The position numbers and the translations under genes were made by a program. Positions 28,861 to 52,665 of a stretch of DNA of 64,000 nucleotides are shown one piece after another. The notes below the pieces were generated by a model. That model did no database searches. It had not been told where the DNA came from and saw only the letters and a list, made by a program, of their open reading frames with translations. Each line of letters begins with the position of its first letter. Positions within the stretch are counted from its first letter, which is position 1. Source of the DNA: the human T2T-CHM13v2.0 reference genome, Homo sapiens. The stretch is taken from NCBI RefSeq assembly GCF_009914755.1, contig NC_060926.1. The stretch is one strand, 5' to 3'.

Positions 28861-29221
28861 CTTTAAAGGAAAAAAAGTTATTTACTTGGAAATATTCACA
28901 GTTTAGAAAAATCTGAGCCATAAGTCAAACAAAATGTTGGAGGATTGTAAACCCAATAACATAAAATAAACTCCAAAATGTGTGCGAATATAGTCAATAT
29001 ATATCTAACACAGTGTGGATAATATATACCCTTATTATAACAGGTTATCTGATCTACACAGGTCAATGATTAGAAAAATAAAATCCTCATCACATGAACC
29101 ACAATTAAAGCTATTTTGTTTACTAGTTACAGAAATTGGCAAAGATCATCATAACCTCATGGTAGTTCAATTCTGCCAGAAAAGCACAAAGCCAAATAAT
29201 CAGGAAACAATTTCTATTTTA

Positions 29222-29575
29222 AATCATTCAGGGTGCCAAGACAAAGTACTATAGACTGGGTGGCTTATAGATGGCAGAAATGTATTTCTCACAGTTCTGG
29301 AAGCTGGAAGACCAAGATCAGGGCACCAGCATGGTTGCATTCTGGTGAAGGTCCTCTTCCAGGTTTCAGACCGCCATTATCTCACTGTATACTCACATAA
29401 AGGAAGAAGGCTAGAGAGCTCTCTGTGGTCTCTTTTGTAAGGACACTAACCGCATTCATGAAGGCTCAACCCTCTTTTATATCCCAAAGGCCCCACATCG
29501 TAAAAACATTGATTTATGGTTTCAAAATATAAATTTGGAGGTGGGTAGTGTGAACACAAATATTTAATTCATTGC
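29222..29575 (-). mobile_element. MLT1A/MST-like MaLR LTR
   Basis: tatttctcacagttctggaagctggaagaccaagatcagggcaccagca. Confidence 0.8.
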
Positions 29576-29604
29576 ACATAACACTAACAGCAATTAGTTC
29601 CATA

Positions 29605-29905
29605 TTTTCTTTTTTTTTTTTTTGAGACAGGGTCTCACTCTGATACCCAAGCTGCAGCGGCAGAATCATGGCTCACTGCAGCCTTGACCTCCTAGGGTCA
29701 AGCGATCTTCCCACCTCAGCCTTCTGAGTGCTGGGACTACAGGCAAGGGCCATGACACCTAACCAAGTCTATTTTTGTATTTTAAGTAGAGACGGGGTTT
29801 CACTATGTTACCCAGGCTGGTCTTGAACTCCTGGGCTCAGGGGATCCAGCCACCTAGGACTCCCAAAGTGCTGGGATTACAGGCATGAGCCATGGCACCC
29901 GGCCA
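29605..29905 (-). mobile_element. AluJ-like element
   Basis: Antisense dimer with gagacagggtctcactctg and ctcctgggctca (J-type positions). Confidence 0.9.
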
Positions 29906-30349
29906 GTCCCCTTTTCTGTTAAATGGAATGCATCTCTCAGTCTTAAATTTTAACCAGATTAAAAGCATTGCCTGAAATTTATTTCCAAGAAGCTGCAAAC
30001 CCTTATGATGATGGCCAAGCAAATGAAACATGATTTGTCCTGAATATTCAGTTGCACATGCACAAGAAATCCTTCCTCTGATTACATTTTTGTTACCACT
30101 GGACTCCTCCCAACAGAAACCACATTTTATACATAAAAACAGTACTCTTGATTCCTTCAACTATTTTTTCCTCTTTCCTGAATTTTCGTAAACTACCTCA
30201 AATCTTTTAAGAAACAATAAAGTATACATAGATGAATGGATGACGCTGAGAACAGATTCATAATAGAATACAGAGATAAATAATACATCAATAGAATGAA
30301 GAAAGTAGATTATAGATAGATACATAAATACATAACTATATGAGTGACC

Positions 30350-32460
<2,111 letters not shown>

Positions 32461-32929
32461 TTTAAACTAAAGGTTTTGGCAGTTCCTAATTTATCTTGAA
32501 TATTCAAAAAAGAATTTGCCTTTGTCATGGGAAAAGAAGAAAATAGAAGGGCTCACCTAACGTACCCTCATATGAATCATATTCAAGCCCTTCCTTTGTC
32601 AACTATCTCCCTCTCCAACCTACTGGGAGCTCGGACCAGTGGTATTGTTTAGCTTCCATTTAGCTGCAATAGTAATACTAATTAACTTATTAATTAAACT
32701 CATTACTTCACCCTCATTCCTTCTCCTATTTTATCAGCTATATTAAATGTAGAAATAACTGGTCTTACATTAAATCCAGAAGGAGAAGTAAGACACAGAT
32801 TAACAATAAAAAGATCTGATAAAAATATAATTCCTTTTACTTAATGATAACAAAATGGACATAGAAATTGTATTATTTTAGTTAAGCAATACATTTCTAG
32901 TAATAATAACAATGGATATCTGTTAAAAT

Positions 32930-34145
32930 CAAAACTGAAGTCTATTGGACCTCTACCTTACTTTATACACAACAATTAATGTGAGTTTTGATCATCCGTA
33001 AATCTAAATGTAAGAGTGAAAACTAAGTCTTATATAATAAAATGTAGGAGAATATATTTGCAACTTTGTGGTTCACAAAGGTTCCTTAGAGAATTCCCAA
33101 AATCAATAATCATTAAAGAAAAAGGTGATAAATAAGATTTCACTAACATTAAAAATTTCCACTTATCCAAGTCACCATTAAGGAAATGGAAAGGCAAGCC
33201 ACACTGGGAGAAAAATATTCATATCTTACAAAGAACTTCACTCCAAAATATTTAAGAGGTATTATAAATCAATAATCAAAAGATTAACACAACTTAATAT
33301 AATGAGCAAAAGAAGCAGATACTTCACAAAAGAAAAGGTATAGTAATAGCCAGAGAGAAAAATGAAAAGATGTTCAACATTATCAGGAAAAGACAAATTA
33401 AAACCAGATAAGACTCTACTTACCACCTAAGGAAATAGTTAAAACTTAAAAGGACTGACAATTATCAATTTTTGGCAAGAAAGTGGAACAAATGAACCTT
33501 CTCACACACATTGCTGATAGGGCTATAAAATTTTGCAACCACTTTGAAAGTCTGTTTGGCAATATATTTTAAAATAAAGCACATTACTACCATACAACTC
33601 AGCAATACCATTCATAGACATTTACCCAGCAGAAATGAAAATATATGTCAAAGAAAAGACTTGAGTTGAATAATTGTAACAGTTTTATTCATAATAGCCC
33701 AAAACAACACAACCCAAATGTTCACAGGAAACAGATAAAATGTTTTATATTCATATGATGAAATATTCTTTAGCAATACCATAAAATAAACTACTGATGC
33801 AAGCAACAATATGGGTTAATCTCAAAAGCATTCTGTTTAGAGAAAGAAGCCAAATTGCATACTATATGATTATGTTTATATATTTAATAAAATTCAAGAA
33901 CAGCCAAAGCTAATCTATAATGATAGAGGTAAAAGATAATGGTGCCCACGGGGGAAGGGCTATGGAATTAACTGGCAAAGAGTATGATAGAACAATCTGG
34001 AAAGAGAAAAATGTGCTAAAACTTGACTGATATGTTAGTTACAAGGATGTTGATTATAAAGGTATATAGAATGGCTAACATTCAACAAATTTTATACTCA
34101 AGGTTTGTACATTCCACACTGTCAATTTTATCTCCATTTTAAAAA
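32930..34145 (+). mobile_element. Decayed L1ME/MC 3' portion
   Basis: catacaactcagcaatacca...tttattcataatagcccaaaac and an L1M-type 3' end. Confidence 0.65.
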
Positions 34146-34295
34146 TGAAAGTTCAAAAGTATCTTTCCCAATTTGTGTAACTGTCTAAAATAAGTTTTAG
34201 AAATGTGACCCAGAACATTACCTTACTAATTACTCCAGTGGATAACAATATACAACCACTGGAATCAAAGGGAGTTGTATTTTAAATCAGGCTTT

Positions 34296-35132
34296 GGACA
34301 TGAAGAGACACTTCTCAGAAGAAGACATACATGTGCCCAACAATCATAAGAAAGAAACCTCAACATCACTGATAGAGAAATGCAAACCAAAACCACAATA
34401 AGATATCATCTAACACCAGTCATAATGGCTATTATTAAAAATAAAAAATAATAAATGCTGGCAAGGTTGTGGAGAAAAAAGAACACTTATACACTGTTGG
34501 TGGGAGTGTAAATTAGTTCAACCATTGCAGAAGACAGTGTGGTGATTCCCCAAAGACCTAAAAACAGAAACACAATTCAACCCAATAATCCAATTACTGG
34601 GCATATATTCAAAAGAATATAAATCATTCTATTATAAAAAGACATGCATGCATATGTTCATTGCAGCACTATCACAATAGCAAAGACATGGAGTCAACCC
34701 AAATGCCCATCAATGATAGACTGGATAAAGAAAACATGGTATATATACACCATGGAATACTATGCAGCCATAAAAAAGAATGAGATCATGTTCTTTTTAG
34801 GGAGATGGATGGAGCTGGAGGCCATTATCCTCAGCAAGCTAACGCATGAACAGAAAACCAAACATCACATGTTCTCACTTATAATCGGGAGCTGAATGAT
34901 GAGAATAAATGAACACATAGAAGGGAACAACACACACTGGGGCTTTTCAAAGGATAGAGGCTGAGAGGACTGAGAGGATCAGGAAAAATAACTAATGGAT
35001 GCCAGGCTTAATACCTGGGTGTTGAAATAATCTATACAACCAACCCCTGTGACTCACGTTTACCTATGTAACAAACCTGCACATCCTGCACATGTACTCC
35101 TGAACATAAAATAAAAGTTAAAAAAAAAAAAA
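34296..35132 (+). mobile_element. 5'-truncated L1PA (about L1PA11-13) 3' end
   Basis: ORF 34644-34895 is the ORF2p C-terminus. 3'UTR ggaaaaataactaatgg...gtttacctatgtaacaaacctgcac plus poly(A). Confidence 0.85.
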
Positions 35133-35174
35133 TCAGGATTTGGCACTTAAAACCCATGTCGACCCAAGCAATAC

Positions 35175-35430
35175 TTTTGTTAAGCCATTTTATTATTGAC
35201 ATATGATTGACATACAGAAAACCGTACATATTTAATGTATACAACTTGACGAGTTTGGAAATAAGAATATATCCATGAAACCATCGCTATAGTCTATGCC
35301 ATAAACCTATGTATCAACTCCAAAAGTTTCTTCCTGCCCTCTTTGTGTTGTGTATGTGTGTGATAAGAACACTTGACGTAAAATCTACACTCTTAGAAAA
35401 TCTTAAAATATACATCAAAATATGGTTAAC
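35175..35430 (-). mobile_element. L1M 3'-end fragment
   Basis: tacatatttaatgtatacaacttgacgagtttgg...aaatctacactcttag. Confidence 0.6.
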
Positions 35431-35599
35431 CTCTTAAATAACAATGTTAATGTATCGTTTGTTGTAAATATTAATTAACGGTTAAATTACTAAAAACCTG
35501 GGAGGAAAAACCTTACCTATTTTTTTATTGGAGTTTGACCATTATGAAAAGATGACAATGATATGGGTATAGCAGAATCTGCTTTTTTGCCCCCCCTTG

Positions 35600-35965
35600 G
35601 GGTATGGTTTGAATGTCCCCTTAAACCGCAGGTTGAAATGTAATTGTCATTGTGACAGTATTAAGAGGTGGAACCTCTAAGAGGCATTAGGTGATGAGGA
35701 CTCTGCACTCACAAATGAATTAATGCCATCATCTTGGGTGTGGGATATGAGAGATTCACCCCCTTTTTCTCTCTATCTCTCTCATATGCTCTCTGACCTT
35801 GTGATGCCTTCTGCTATGTTATGGTGCAGCAAGAAGGACCTCACCAGTTGTCGCCTCTCAATCTTTGAATCCTAGCTTCCAGAATCATGAACCAAATAAA
35901 TTTCTTTTATTTATAAATTACTCAGTCTATGTTATTTTGTTATAGGAGCAGAAAACAAACTATAC
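35600..35965 (+). mobile_element. MST/MLT1A-like MaLR LTR
   Basis: tatggtttgaatgtcccc...aataaatttcttttatttataaattactcagtct. Confidence 0.8.
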
Positions 35966-36379
35966 GTTACTAAATTGTTCTTTAGGAATTAAATAGGACT
36001 GACTGTACCCTCCAAGCTCTAGCATGAGCACTTGATCAAGACTCACTCAGTAAGAGTAATCAGAAAACTAGTCACAGTAATACATTTGTAGGAGTATTCA
36101 CATAGCTCAAGATAAAACTAGATACTCAGATTGGCTGGAATTCTTTGGGGAAAGAAACTTTTCTTTTTCTCTTTCCAGAGGTTGCTAAGTTCATCTTTGA
36201 AAATATTTGTGATAAACTTTCCTGAGGATAAAATAAATACAGAGGAAAGAATAATTAAGAAATTGGAAAGCATCATTTGGGAACTTGAATCTGTTGTGTC
36301 TAGACTTATTTTAATTTCAACCACTTTAAGGTAGCCAACTCTCAATGTCCTGATATGATAGTAAATATGATGCCGTTCA

Positions 36380-36707
<328 letters not shown>

Positions 36708-38273
36708 TCATATTGTGCTCTACAGTTTACAAAAATGCTTTCATATACATTTAATTTCAATCAATTCTTACAGGCACTTATTAAAGTGATCAACTGGAAG
36801 TAAGGTTATCAACAATGGAAGACGAAATGAATGAAATGTAGCGAGAAGACAAGTTTAGAGAAAAAAGAATAAAAGGAAATGAACAAAGCCTCCAAGAAAT
36901 ATGGGACTATGTGAAAAGACCAAATCTATGTCTGATTGGTGTACCTCAAAGTGACAGGGAGAATGGAACCAAGTTGGAAAACACTCTGCAGGATATTATC
37001 CAGGAGAACTTCCCCAATCTAGCAAGGCAGGCCAAAATTCAAATCCAGGAAATACAGAACACCACAAAGATACTCCTCGAGAAGAGCAACTCCAAGACAC
37101 ATAATTATCAGATTCACCAAAGTGGAAATGAAGGAAAAAATGTTAAGGGCAGCCAGAGAGAAAGGTCAGGTTACCCAGAAAGGGAAGCCCATCAGACTAA
37201 CAGCTGATCTCTCGACAGAAACTCTACAAGCCAGAAGAGAGTGAGGGCCAATATTCAACATTCTTAAAGAAAAGAATTTTCAACCCAGAATTTCATATCC
37301 AGCCAAACTAAGCTTCATAAGTGAAGGAGAAATAAAATACTTTACAGACAAGCAAATGCTGAGAAACTTTGTCACCACCAGGCCTGCCCTAAAAGAGCTC
37401 CTGAAGGAAGCACTAATCATGGAAAGGAATAACCGGTACCAGCCACTGCAAAAAACATGCCAAACTGTAAAGACCATCAAGGCTAGGAAGACACTGCATC
37501 AACTAACAAACAAAATAACCAGCTAACATCATAATGACATGATCAAATTTACACATAACAATATTAACCTTAAATGTAAATAGGCTAAATGTTCCAGGTA
37601 AAAGACACAGACTGGCAAATTGGATAAAGAGTCAAGACCCATCAGTGTGCTGTATTCAGGAAACCCATCTCACGTACAGAGACACACATAGGCTCAAAAT
37701 AAAGGGATGGAGGAAGATCTACCAAGCAAATGGAAGACAAAAAAAGGCAGGGGTTGCAATCCTAGTCTCTGATAAAACAGACTTTAAACCAACAAAGATC
37801 AAAACAGACAAAGAAGGCCATTATATAACGGTAAAGGGATCAATACAAAAAGAAGAGCTAACTATCCTAAATATATATGCACCCAATACAGAGCACCCAG
37901 ATTCATAGAGCAAGTCCTGAGTGACCTACAAAGAGACTTAGACTCCCACACAATAATAATGGGAGACTTTAACACCCCACTGTCAACATTAGACAGATCA
38001 ACGAGACAGAAAGTTAACAAGGATATCCAGGAATTGAACTCAGCTCTGCACCAAGCAGATCTAATAGACATCTACAGAACTCTCCACCCCAAATCAACAG
38101 AATATACATTTTTTTCAGCACCACACCACACCTATTCCAAAACTGACCCCACACTTGGAAGTAAAGCACTCCTCAGCAAATGTAAAAGAACAGAAATTAT
38201 AACAAACTGTCTCTCAGACCACAGTGCAATCAAACTAGAACTCAGGATTAAGAATCTCACTCAAAACTGCTAA

Positions 38274-38588
<315 letters not shown>

Positions 38589-38591
38589 TAA

Positions 38592-39179
<588 letters not shown>

Positions 39180-39291
39180 TGAGTCCAGCAGCACATCAAA
39201 AAGCTGATCCACCATTATCAAGTGGGCTTCATCCCTGGGATGCAAGGCTGGTTCAATATATGCAAATCAATAAACATAATCCAGAAAATAA

Positions 39292-42116
<2,825 letters not shown>

Positions 42117-43133
42117 ATGGGGAAAAAACAGAGAAGAAAAACCGGAAACTCTAAAAAGCAGAGCGCCTCTCCGCCTCCAAAGGAATGTAGTTCCTCACCA
42201 GCAACAGAACAAAGCTGGACGGAGAATGACTTTGATGAGCTGAGAGAAGAAGGCTTCAGATGATCAAATTACTCCGAGCTACGGGAGGACATTCAAACCA
42301 AAGGCAAAGAAGTTGAAAACTTTGAAAAAAATTTAGAAGAATGTATAACTAGAATAACCAATAGAGAGAAGTGCTTAAAGGAGCTGATGGAGCTGAAAAC
42401 GAAGGCTCGAGAACTACGTGAAGAATGCAGAAGCCTCAGGAGCCGATGCGATCAACTGGAAGAAAGGGTATCAGCAATGGAAGATGAAATGAATGAAATG
42501 AAGCGAGAAGGGAAGTTTAGAGAAAAAAGAATAAAAAGAAACGAGCAAAGCCTCCAAGAAATATGGGACTATGTGAAAAGACCAAATCTACGTCTGATTG
42601 GTGTACCTGAAAGTGACGGGGAGAATGGAACCAAGTTGGAAAACACTCTGCAGGATATTATCCAGGAGAACTTCCCCAATCTAGCAAGGCAGGCCAACAT
42701 TCAGATTCAGGAAATACAGAGAACACCACAAAGATACTCCTCGAGAAGAGCAACTCCAAGACACATAATTGTCAGATTCACCAAAGTTAAAATGAAGGAA
42801 AAAATCTTAAGGGCAGCCAGAGAGAAAGGTCAGGTTACACTCAAAGGGAAGCCCATCAGACTAACAGCGGATCTCTCGGCAGAAAATCTACAAGCCAGAA
42901 GAGAGTGGGGGCCAATATTCAACATTCTTGAAGAAAAGAATTTTCAACCCAGAATTTCATATCCAGCCAAACTAAGCTTCATAAGTGAAGGAGAAATAAA
43001 ATACTTTACAGACAAGCAAATGCTGAGAGATTTTGTCACCACCAGGCCTGCCCTAAAAGAGCTCCTGAAGGAAGCACTAAACATCGAAAGGAACAACTGG
43101 TACCAGCCACTGCAAAATCATGCCAAAATGTAA
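42117..43133 (+). pseudogene. L1 ORF1p with a single nonsense codon (codon 49 TGA)
   Basis: ATG 42117 to TAA 43133 is 339 codons in frame; TGA at 42261-42263; downstream 248-aa ORF intact. Confidence 0.9.
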
Positions 43134-43196
43134 AGACCATGAAGACTAGGAAGAAACTGCATCAACTAAAGAGCAAAATAACCAGCTAACATCATA

Positions 43197-47020
<3,824 letters not shown>

Positions 47021-47900
47021 ACAATGAGAACACATGGACACAGGAAGGGGAACATCACACTCTGGGGACTGTTGTGGGGTTGGGGGAGGGGGGAGGGATA
47101 GCATTGGGAGATATACCTAATGCTAGATGATGAGTTAGTGGGTGCAGCACACCAGCATGGCACATGTATACATATGTAACTAACCTGCACATTGTGCACA
47201 TGTACCCTAAAACTTAAAGTATAATAATAATAAATTAAAAAAAAAGAAAAAGAAAAGGTGGCACATATACACCATGGAATACTATGCAGCCATAAAAAAA
47301 TGATGAGTTCATGTCCTTTGTAGGGACATGGATGAAGCTGGAAACCATCATTCTCAGCAAACTATCGCAAGAACAAAAAACCAAACACCACATGTTCTCA
47401 CTCATAGGTGGGAACTGAACAATGAGAACACATGGACACAGGAAGGGGAACATCACACACTGGGGACTGTTGTGGGGTGGGGGAAGAGGGGATGGATAGC
47501 ATTAGTAGATATACCTAATGCTAAATGATGAGTTAATGGGTGCAGCACACCAACGTGGCACATGTATACATATGTAACAAACCTGCACGTTGTGCACATA
47601 TACCCTAAAACTTAAAGTATAATAATAAAAAAATATATATAACCCATTTTAAAGTCGTAATAATTGAGATCTGAGAATTTTCCAAGGCCTCATACTTTTA
47701 ATGAATAGAGCATAAACTTGAATTCCTGACTTTAATAGGCACGCCATTTCCCAAATAACATAGACACTTATTAAACATATTTTCACTTCCTGTTTTACCG
47801 AATTGTCTGTTGTTTCTCATAATAATATTATGAACTGTCTTCTATGAACTATTGTGAGCTTGTTTTGGCAAGAATTCTTCAGCAACGCAAGGCCTCGTAC

Positions 47901-47972
47901 CTTCCAACTGTAGTGATTGCTTCCACAAATACTGTTCACATAGTCTCCTTCTATGATCTGTAAACATTTATT
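47901..47972 (-). other. Candidate internal exon (72 nt, or 57 nt using the AG at 47958-47959) of the unidentified minus-strand transcript
   Basis: atttgatttctacag|AATAAATG...GTTGGAAG|gtacga. Phase 0 open: NKCLQIIEGDYVNSICGSNHYSWK. The 57-nt form is also open in phase 1: xHRRRLCEQYLWKQSLQLE. Confidence 0.5.
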
Positions 47973-48006
47973 CTGTAGAAATCAAATTGCTATATTATTC
48001 TTTTAG

Positions 48007-48150
48007 AAACCTCCTAAATATTAGTTCAGAATCCTACTATCTTTTGAAACAGTGGAACCTCCCAAATATTAGTTCAGAATCCTAATAGCTTTTCAAGAAG
48101 TGGAACCTCCAAAATATTAGTTCAGAATCCTGTCTCATTTTCAAGCAGTG
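48007..48150. repeat. Minisatellite, 3 x 48 bp
   Basis: aacctcc starts at 48008, 48056 and 48104; conserved core aaatattagttcagaatcct. Confidence 0.93.
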
Positions 48151-49499
48151 AAGCACTTTAAGTATGACTAGAATTTAATGTCGCATAGTTTTTTACTTGG
48201 TTTCTCTACATCTGTCTTTAAAATATGTTTGAATATATGGTTAGTTTCTGAATGCACATTATCACTATTTCTAGCACCCTATCTTCTCTTGTCATTTTGT
48301 GTTAAGGCATGTTTTATCTTAACAACTATTACCATCATCATCATTATCATCATCATTATTCTAAAACAAAAAAACCAGGACTCTTCTTTTTAGATGTGCA
48401 CAATTTTCAAGGCCTTAAATGGATGATGGATATTGAATGCTTCCCTGTAGAGTGAATGTAGCTTATTAACACCAAGCATCTGATGAAAAAGTCAACTCTT
48501 GGTTTTACCCAGCAAGTTGTTCCTACTTTCCTTTATGAAAAGATGCGTAATGGTACTTTCAAGTTTGTCAAAACAAATGTAAGTGCTTTTCTCAATTACT
48601 CCTTTTGTTTATTTCATTGGCTTTCTGCTTATCTTTGCTAAACAAAATGCAGAGAGGCCCTTTGAGACCCACTTAACCATTGCCCCTAACGTTAACGAAA
48701 GAATCCCAAAAGAGTTAACTGCTTAAAATCCCCATGAGAGACAAGCTGTCAACTGCCATCGTTGATAGGTTTTAGGGATTAATTGAGCAGAAGTTCAGAG
48801 TGAGGAAGTAGTATTCTGGCTCTGACTTTATGAGGTCTTCTCAGTGTGGCTTCATTACCCCAAAATGAAAGTAGAAAATCTGTTCCTACTAAAAATAAAT
48901 GGAGTAGATCATTTGAGTGTTTTATATAAAGAGAAAGACATGATGAAGGGTGACAAAGGAGTTGTGTTGAGAGTTCAGGCCATCTGTGTCACTTGGCTGT
49001 AGAGTCTACAACAGTAGGCATGGCCACCGAGGACACATCAAATAGGGAAATAAGAGGAGACCTAGGAGGGAGAGTAAAGCACATCAGGAGAGTTACAAAT
49101 TGTCTAGGAGCAATCCCACAATGCTGCTACCATCCATTCCCCTGCCATCACCAAGACATGTAATCCCCATAATCTTAACATGCGCTTTCCAGATTTATTT
49201 AACCAAGAATAATGAAATCTGTTGCATGTGCAATGAACACACCTCAATGCTGTTTACCCTCTTCAATTGCAACTGCTATCAAAATTTAGAAAATAGACAC
49301 CATTTGGCTATGTTACTTGGTTTTCTAATTGTTTCCAGGAAGAAACTATTCTTATTTTTGTACTTCTGTTTAAAGAACTATTTTCCACACCAGGCACACT
49401 TGGATCTTGAACCAAATTCAGCATCAGAAAGGCTAGATCATCATGGGGTGGAGAAAGTACAGTCAGTGCTCAGGGGTGCCAGATCATGATTTCTGCCTC

Positions 49500-50160
49500 T
49501 AACTCTCCAGGAATCCAGATGATGACTTTTCTTCAACAAATAGTGGCCTGTCAGCCAAGGGAAGGAAGTTTCAAAAGGGGCATAAGAACAAGCAGTGGCA
49601 AATGCATCCAAGAGGATGAGTGCTGAAAATAAAGCACTGAGTTCGCAGCTAAGTAAATATAGGTGTCTACCGGTGTAATTTAATGATTTAGGGTGAGCAT
49701 AGAGTACGTGGGCGATGCAGCAATAGAGACCTCAACTGTAACAAACTTACTGCTTCCAGTCTTGCCTAACTCCAATCTATTATCCAACCACTTCCAGAAT
49801 ATTATATCTGACCACTTTATTCTCCAACTAAAAGTCTTTCAGTGGCTTCCTATTTATTACACAGCATAGTATATATCTGTTATTAGTGTAGCTATTTATC
49901 CTTCACTCCAACTGACCCTTCAAGCACCAACTCTTACATAAAACTTTTCCTGAATCAGCAGGTAGATTGAAAACCCTCTTATTTGTGCTTCTCTATAACC
50001 CAAGACACAATTTTCTCATATTACTGACAACATCCAATCGCATTTATATGTTTCCATGTTTACCTATCTCCATATACTGACCTCCTTAGGTCAAAGACAC
50101 TGTCTAGTACATCGTAGAAAACCAATATTTAATTGTGGGATGAATGAGAGGGAATGAGAG
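49500..50160. mobile_element. L2 fragments
   Basis: aaagtctttcagtggcttcc and the L2-type 3' end caatatttaattgtgggatgaatga. Confidence 0.5.
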
Positions 50161-50387
50161 AGAGGAATAAAGAATAAAGATGGATGAGTTAAACCTGGAA
50201 AAAAGAATATTTGCCTCCAAACAAGAGTGAAGGAGAGGAGGATAGGTAACAGGAAACAAACTAAGTTAATAATATAATAGGAAGCCAAGCAATAAAAAAG
50301 CAATCAAATATCAACTCCATGGAAAACTAAAATTCGTTAAGAAATATTGTGTACAGATAAGATGAACTTGAAGGTGGTCTAAGCAAT

Positions 50388-50895
50388 TGTAACTCTGTGT
50401 TTATCTCCAAATTTGCCTGGAACCATGATATCAACCCTTGGCCAGTAATGGGATGGATAAAAGGTACTACCTACGGATTTATAATGTGCAGTTTGCATTC
50501 TGAAACTTTTCTAGTAGCACCCACTAGCAAGTTATCTGCATTGTTCCTTGAGAATGTAGGTTGATGGTCTGTACCTGCTTGAACTAGTTACACAGCCCGA
50601 TTCAAGCTACTGACCAGTCGAGTAGGAGGATTCCTCAGGAAACTTGTGCTTGACTGCCCTAAGACCACCATGTCTCATACATATCTTGGCAAATCATGAT
50701 CTAATGACAAAGCACATTCTGTAAAATTGAGAAAGATCATGGGGGCTTTGTCTGGGAATCTCAAACCTCTCTAATGTTTCTCTGTGTTTTCTTTCTCCTG
50801 CTGTACCATACCCTTTACCTTTATCAAAACCTAATTTAAGCACACCTTGTGGAGTCCTTTTAAAATAGTTCTCTGACCCTGTGTACTTGATGCAT
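50388..50895 (+). mobile_element. ERVL-class 5' LTR
   Basis: Begins tgtaac and ends ...cttgatgca immediately before tttggcacagtgag (PBS-like) and ERVL internal sequence. Confidence 0.5.
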
Positions 50896-52280
50896 TTGGC
50901 ACAGTGAGTTGAGTATTGAAATGACCTTTGTCTCTAATTGTAAACGTTGGCTAAGATTTTGTTTAAGGAAAAGAAAGATGAGGAGTGGGAGATGATGAAC
51001 TGTTGATGATAGTCTGTCTCCTGGGTCACTTCTGGCTTGAGTCAGGCAAATGCTGCAACCACTGATGAAAAAAGAAGCATATCAATGGAACATGGAGGTG
51101 GTATATTCTGAACCAAGGGAAATAGCTACATGGGTTGAGAAAGAAATTCAGACAGAGGGGAAGTCAGCCAAGAATTTTGTAATTTCACTACTTTGAAAAA
51201 ATGAAAGTAACAGAAAGAACTGAGGCTGCCAAGTACACCAAATAATGCCTGGTGATACTAAAGGGAAGAGAAAGTGTGCCAAAAGGGAATTGGGCAGGTA
51301 TTTATTTTGCTCAGAATGTGACAGTCTGAATGAGGATCACTAAAAAGAGTATACAGGCTGCAGGGTGAGGAAACCAAAGACAAATGAAACGGGTATTCAG
51401 TCACAGACCTAAGTCATTTGTGGAATGTTATAAACAGCATTCTGGGAAGTCTCTGCTAAAATTATGTTTATGCATTCAGATCCAAGGAGGCACTTCCCTT
51501 GCATTATATACTGATCAATGGAAGAGAATGTTGGTCTTATTCAGAATTCTCAACTAGTTGCAATTTTTACAGAGATGTGTTAGAGAGTCAAACTCGCAAT
51601 CTGTAGAGGTGGATAAAGGCAAAGTACATAAAACGTGTATAAACGAAAAATTAGATACTAAATAAAATAATCCTTCTAAAACCTCTGAAATGTTGAAAAT
51701 ACCAGCGACTGTGGATTGGTTATATGATGATACTGAATTACCCCCTAATTTTATGCCTTTGACTCAAGTGATGATTGATGTTGTAATTAAAGAGTTTCCA
51801 GATGCTTGGGCTCCTTATGTTACTCTACAAACAGATGAGCAGGATTCTGTAAGGGAAGCTTTCATTGACCTCCTGATTCAGATTCCATAAGTAGGGCTAA
51901 ATCATGGGGAAAAAAATTAGGATTATTCACAAGAAAGGGTAAAAAGGATAAAATGGGTTTTAAAAAAGAAGCTAGAGATATTTAAACTGGGTAGAATATA
52001 GTCACATGATTAATTTTAAAAGATACAGAAAAGGAGGGGATAGATGGAGTAGCTACTAAAATTTTAATGGATCACTATAAGAGATTATATGATCAGGCTG
52101 CTTTACCAACTCCTCCATTTATCCTTGCCTTGATGAATTTTAAAAACCTAATGATGACATAAAAACAGAATCCGTAGTCTCTTTCAAGGCAGTGTTGTTT
52201 AAAACAGCAGGTGTTTAAAACGAGGTTTATTCTGAATGACAAAATAGCCAGGGACTGTTGGTGCAGTTTCAGAGCAGGCA

Positions 52281-52665
52281 GTCTGTCAGTTCAGGCAACC
52301 ATAACAAAATGCCATGGAGTAGGGGCTCAAACAACAGACATTTATTTCTCACAATTCTGGAGACTGGAAGGTTAAGATCAAGGCACTGGCCAATGTGCTT
52401 CTCTGGTGAGAGCTCTCTTCTGGCTTGCAGATGGCTGCCTTTTTGCTATATCCTCAAGTGGTGGCTTGAGAGAGACAGAGGGAGAAATAAATAAAGAGAG
52501 TAAAAGGTCTGGTCCATCTTCCTCTTCCTATAAGGACATGAATCCCATCATGGGAGCCCCACCCTCATGTCCTCATATAAACCTAATTATCTTCCAAAGG
52601 CCCCACCTCCAAATACTGTTGCACTGTGGGTTAGGGCTTCGACATACAAATTTGAAGGGGAAAAT
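52281..52665 (-). mobile_element. MLT1A-like MaLR LTR inside the ERVL
   Basis: aacaacagacatttatttctcacaattctggagactgg...ccaaaggccccacctccaaatac. Confidence 0.82.

Noticed and set aside
48007-48150. CRISPR-like array (conserved core with variable intervals)
   Set aside because: The intervals are homologous to each other, the context is primate DNA and there are no cas genes; it is a minisatellite.
49100-49489. 129-aa plus-strand ORF
   Set aside because: Non-ATG start, no recognisable domain, AT-driven composition.
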